From assembly GCA_950097015.1 (NCBI GenBank), contig CATNEN010000001.1:12090001-12154000 (forward strand): 64,000 bases of DNA, read 5' to 3'. Shown piece after piece: positions 62,190-64,000 of this stretch. A program made the translations under genes and the position numbers. Source of the stretch: Macrostomum hystrix (lineage: Eukaryota > Animalia > Platyhelminthes). Position 1 is the first letter of the stretch. Each line of letters begins with the position of its first letter. The notes beneath the pieces are model-generated. The model made no database searches and had not been told where the DNA came from. It saw only the letters and a list, made by a program, of their open reading frames with translations.

Positions 62190-63612
62190 GAGAACTTAGG
62201 CAGCTTTTCTTGACGCCAGCCGAACACAATTTGGGTCCGCTCAGTATACGCTCGTACAGGCGTTTGTGTGATCTCAGTTGGTCTTTGTATCGCCCCAGAA
62301 GAACGTCTCGTCGACGGCCGGAGCGGCGCTGTCGTTTGTACACTCTCCGTTCCAGTTGCAACTCTTCTGGTCGCCGCACGGAGTGACGACTGGAGCGCGA
62401 AGTCCGCTCGATGTGCTACCACCACCGGAGCTGGTTTGGCAGAAAATTTTGTCGCAGATGATCGCCGGATTGCTTTTTTGTTCCCTACTGATAACAACCT
62501 TTTCGGGACCCTTGGGTCTAGCCCAGGGGTCGGCAACCTTATATACCCCGCGGGCTAAAGAGAGAATCTTAAAGACGACGGCGGGCCGCATGAAGAAAGG
62601 GGAGAGATCAGACAGGTGAGAGATAAGACAAGTGAGAGATGAGAAAGGTGAGAGATGAGACGGGGGAGATAAGACACAAGAGAGAGATGAGACGGGGGAG
62701 ATAAGACACAAGAGAGAGATGAGACGGGGGGAGATAAGACGCAAGAGAGATGAGACGGGGAGATAAGACGCAAGAGAGAGATAAGACGCATGAGACGGGG
62801 GAGATAAGACGCAAGAGAGATGAGACAGGGGGGAGACGAAAAATGGGAGAGATGAGACAGGGGAGAGACGAAAAAGGGGAGAGATGAGACAGGGGAGAGA
62901 TGAGACTGGGGAGAGATAATTCAGGGCAGAGATAAGACAGGGGAGAAATGAGACTGGGGAGAGATAAGACAGGGGAGAGGTGAGACAGGGAGAGATGAGA
63001 CTGGGGAGAGATAAGACGGGAGAGATAAGACAGGGGAGAGATAAGACAGGGGAGAGATAAGACAGGGGAGAGATAAGACAGGGGAGAGATAAGACAGGGG
63101 AGAGATAAGACAGGGGAGAGATAAGACAGGGGAGAATTGAGACTGGGGAGAGATAAGACAGGGGAGAGGTGAGACAGGGAGAGATGAGATAGGGTGTACT
63201 GTAGAGTAGGTGTTAGGAGGAGCTAAGGGCCAGATTTGGGAGCTTTGAGGGCCGCATCAGGCACGCGGGCCGGAGGTTGCCGACCCCTGGTCTAGCCAGT
63301 CGGCACACCTGTTCAGGGTCATTCGAGTGCCTTCTCGAGTGTTGGACGATAGGTCACTAAGGCGGCTGCCCTGATCGATTGTGAGACAACTTGATGAGTT
63401 TGAATTAATTGAATTGAATTGAACAAAGCCCCTTGTCCTCGTTGATGCTGACTTTTGTACTCTGGCAGACACCAGCAACGTAGGCCATCCCGCACACTGA
63501 GAAGCTCCCGCTGCCACTTATGTCCATGCGAGTGAAGGCCATGAAGTGATCGGCAGTCTTGCCAACAATGTAATTGATCATTGCCTTGAGGATGTTGCTA
63601 CCCTCAGTGTCT
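62190..63612 (-). pseudogene. Metalloprotease pseudogene (D-like), zinc motif deleted, interrupted by a hAT MITE
   Basis: TEGSNILKAMINYIVGKTADHFMAFTRMDISGSGSFSVCGMAYVAGVCQSTKVSINEDKGL stops just before the HExxH region and joins exon-4-like SSSCLTIDQGSRL..GTRMTL. It then has a frameshift, the MITE, and NPAIICDKIFCQT..FFWGDTKTN* with a premature stop. Confidence 0.85.
62524..63289. mobile_element. Non-autonomous hAT element (MITE) carrying an internal GA-rich minisatellite
   Basis: TIRs CAGGGGTCGGCAACCT / AGGTTGCCGACCCCTG. 8-bp TSD GTCTAGCC at 62516-62523 and 63290-63297. Interior made of GAGATAAGACAGGGGA repeats. Confidence 0.92.
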
Positions 63613-64000
63613 GTTATTTTGTGCATCACACCTTATGAATTCAATAGCATTATACAATTAAATTGTGTAATATATTAGCAAATAATAATTTGCATACAAA
63701 TTATTCAAATTTAAAGCCAAAATTCAGTTTATTAGAGATTATCTTGCATTCAATTGTGTTGCAAAAGCTAACAAAAGCTGTACGAGATTGCAGAATCAAA
63801 TTGTTTGAGATTACAATCTTCAATAAAACACACGAAAGCACAAGCATATTCAATTCGATAAATTTCATAAATGCGAATTAATTGGGAATAAATTAGACTT
63901 TAAAGCAGTTGAATATATATATTATTCTTGCAGCCCGTAGCCATGTTATTTCATGTTAACGATTTTTAGAAAATAATTTATTTTAATGCACTCCGGATTT

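Overview
Eukaryotic (invertebrate animal) genomic DNA with GT-AG introns and many minisatellites. The style (GC-rich exons, introns filled with tandem repeats) resembles a free-living flatworm such as Macrostomum, but that is inference only. Left half: the last two exons of a PDS5 cohesin regulator; a 4-exon pyruvate-kinase-like gene that has lost the metal-binding Glu of the KIE motif; a Tc1/IS630 transposase fragment; a GnRH/corazonin-receptor-like GPCR spread over about 11.5 kb of repeat- and SINE-filled introns; a decayed, intron-containing Crypton tyrosine recombinase; and a CSL/Su(H) gene with three perfect CSL binding sites just upstream of its main exon. Right half (32.5-63.6 kb): a cluster of six apparently intact genes plus one pseudogene for a compact secreted M12B (ADAMTS-like) metalloprotease. 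It has a Cys-free prodomain, a furin site, HExxHxxGxxHD, a disintegrin-like/Cys-rich module and a PLAC/ShK-like tail, but no TSP1 or TM domain. Every intact gene starts with a 13-nt coding exon. The cluster shows inverted duplication and mosaic homogenisation, and one paralog pair differs by eight consecutive codons, each carrying a single nonsynonymous change, next to the predicted active-site edge strand. A young intact Mag-type Gypsy LTR element (identical 254-bp LTRs, 5-bp TSD) and a hAT MITE (8-bp TSD) are inserted in the cluster. All assignments come from manual motif recognition; no searches were run.
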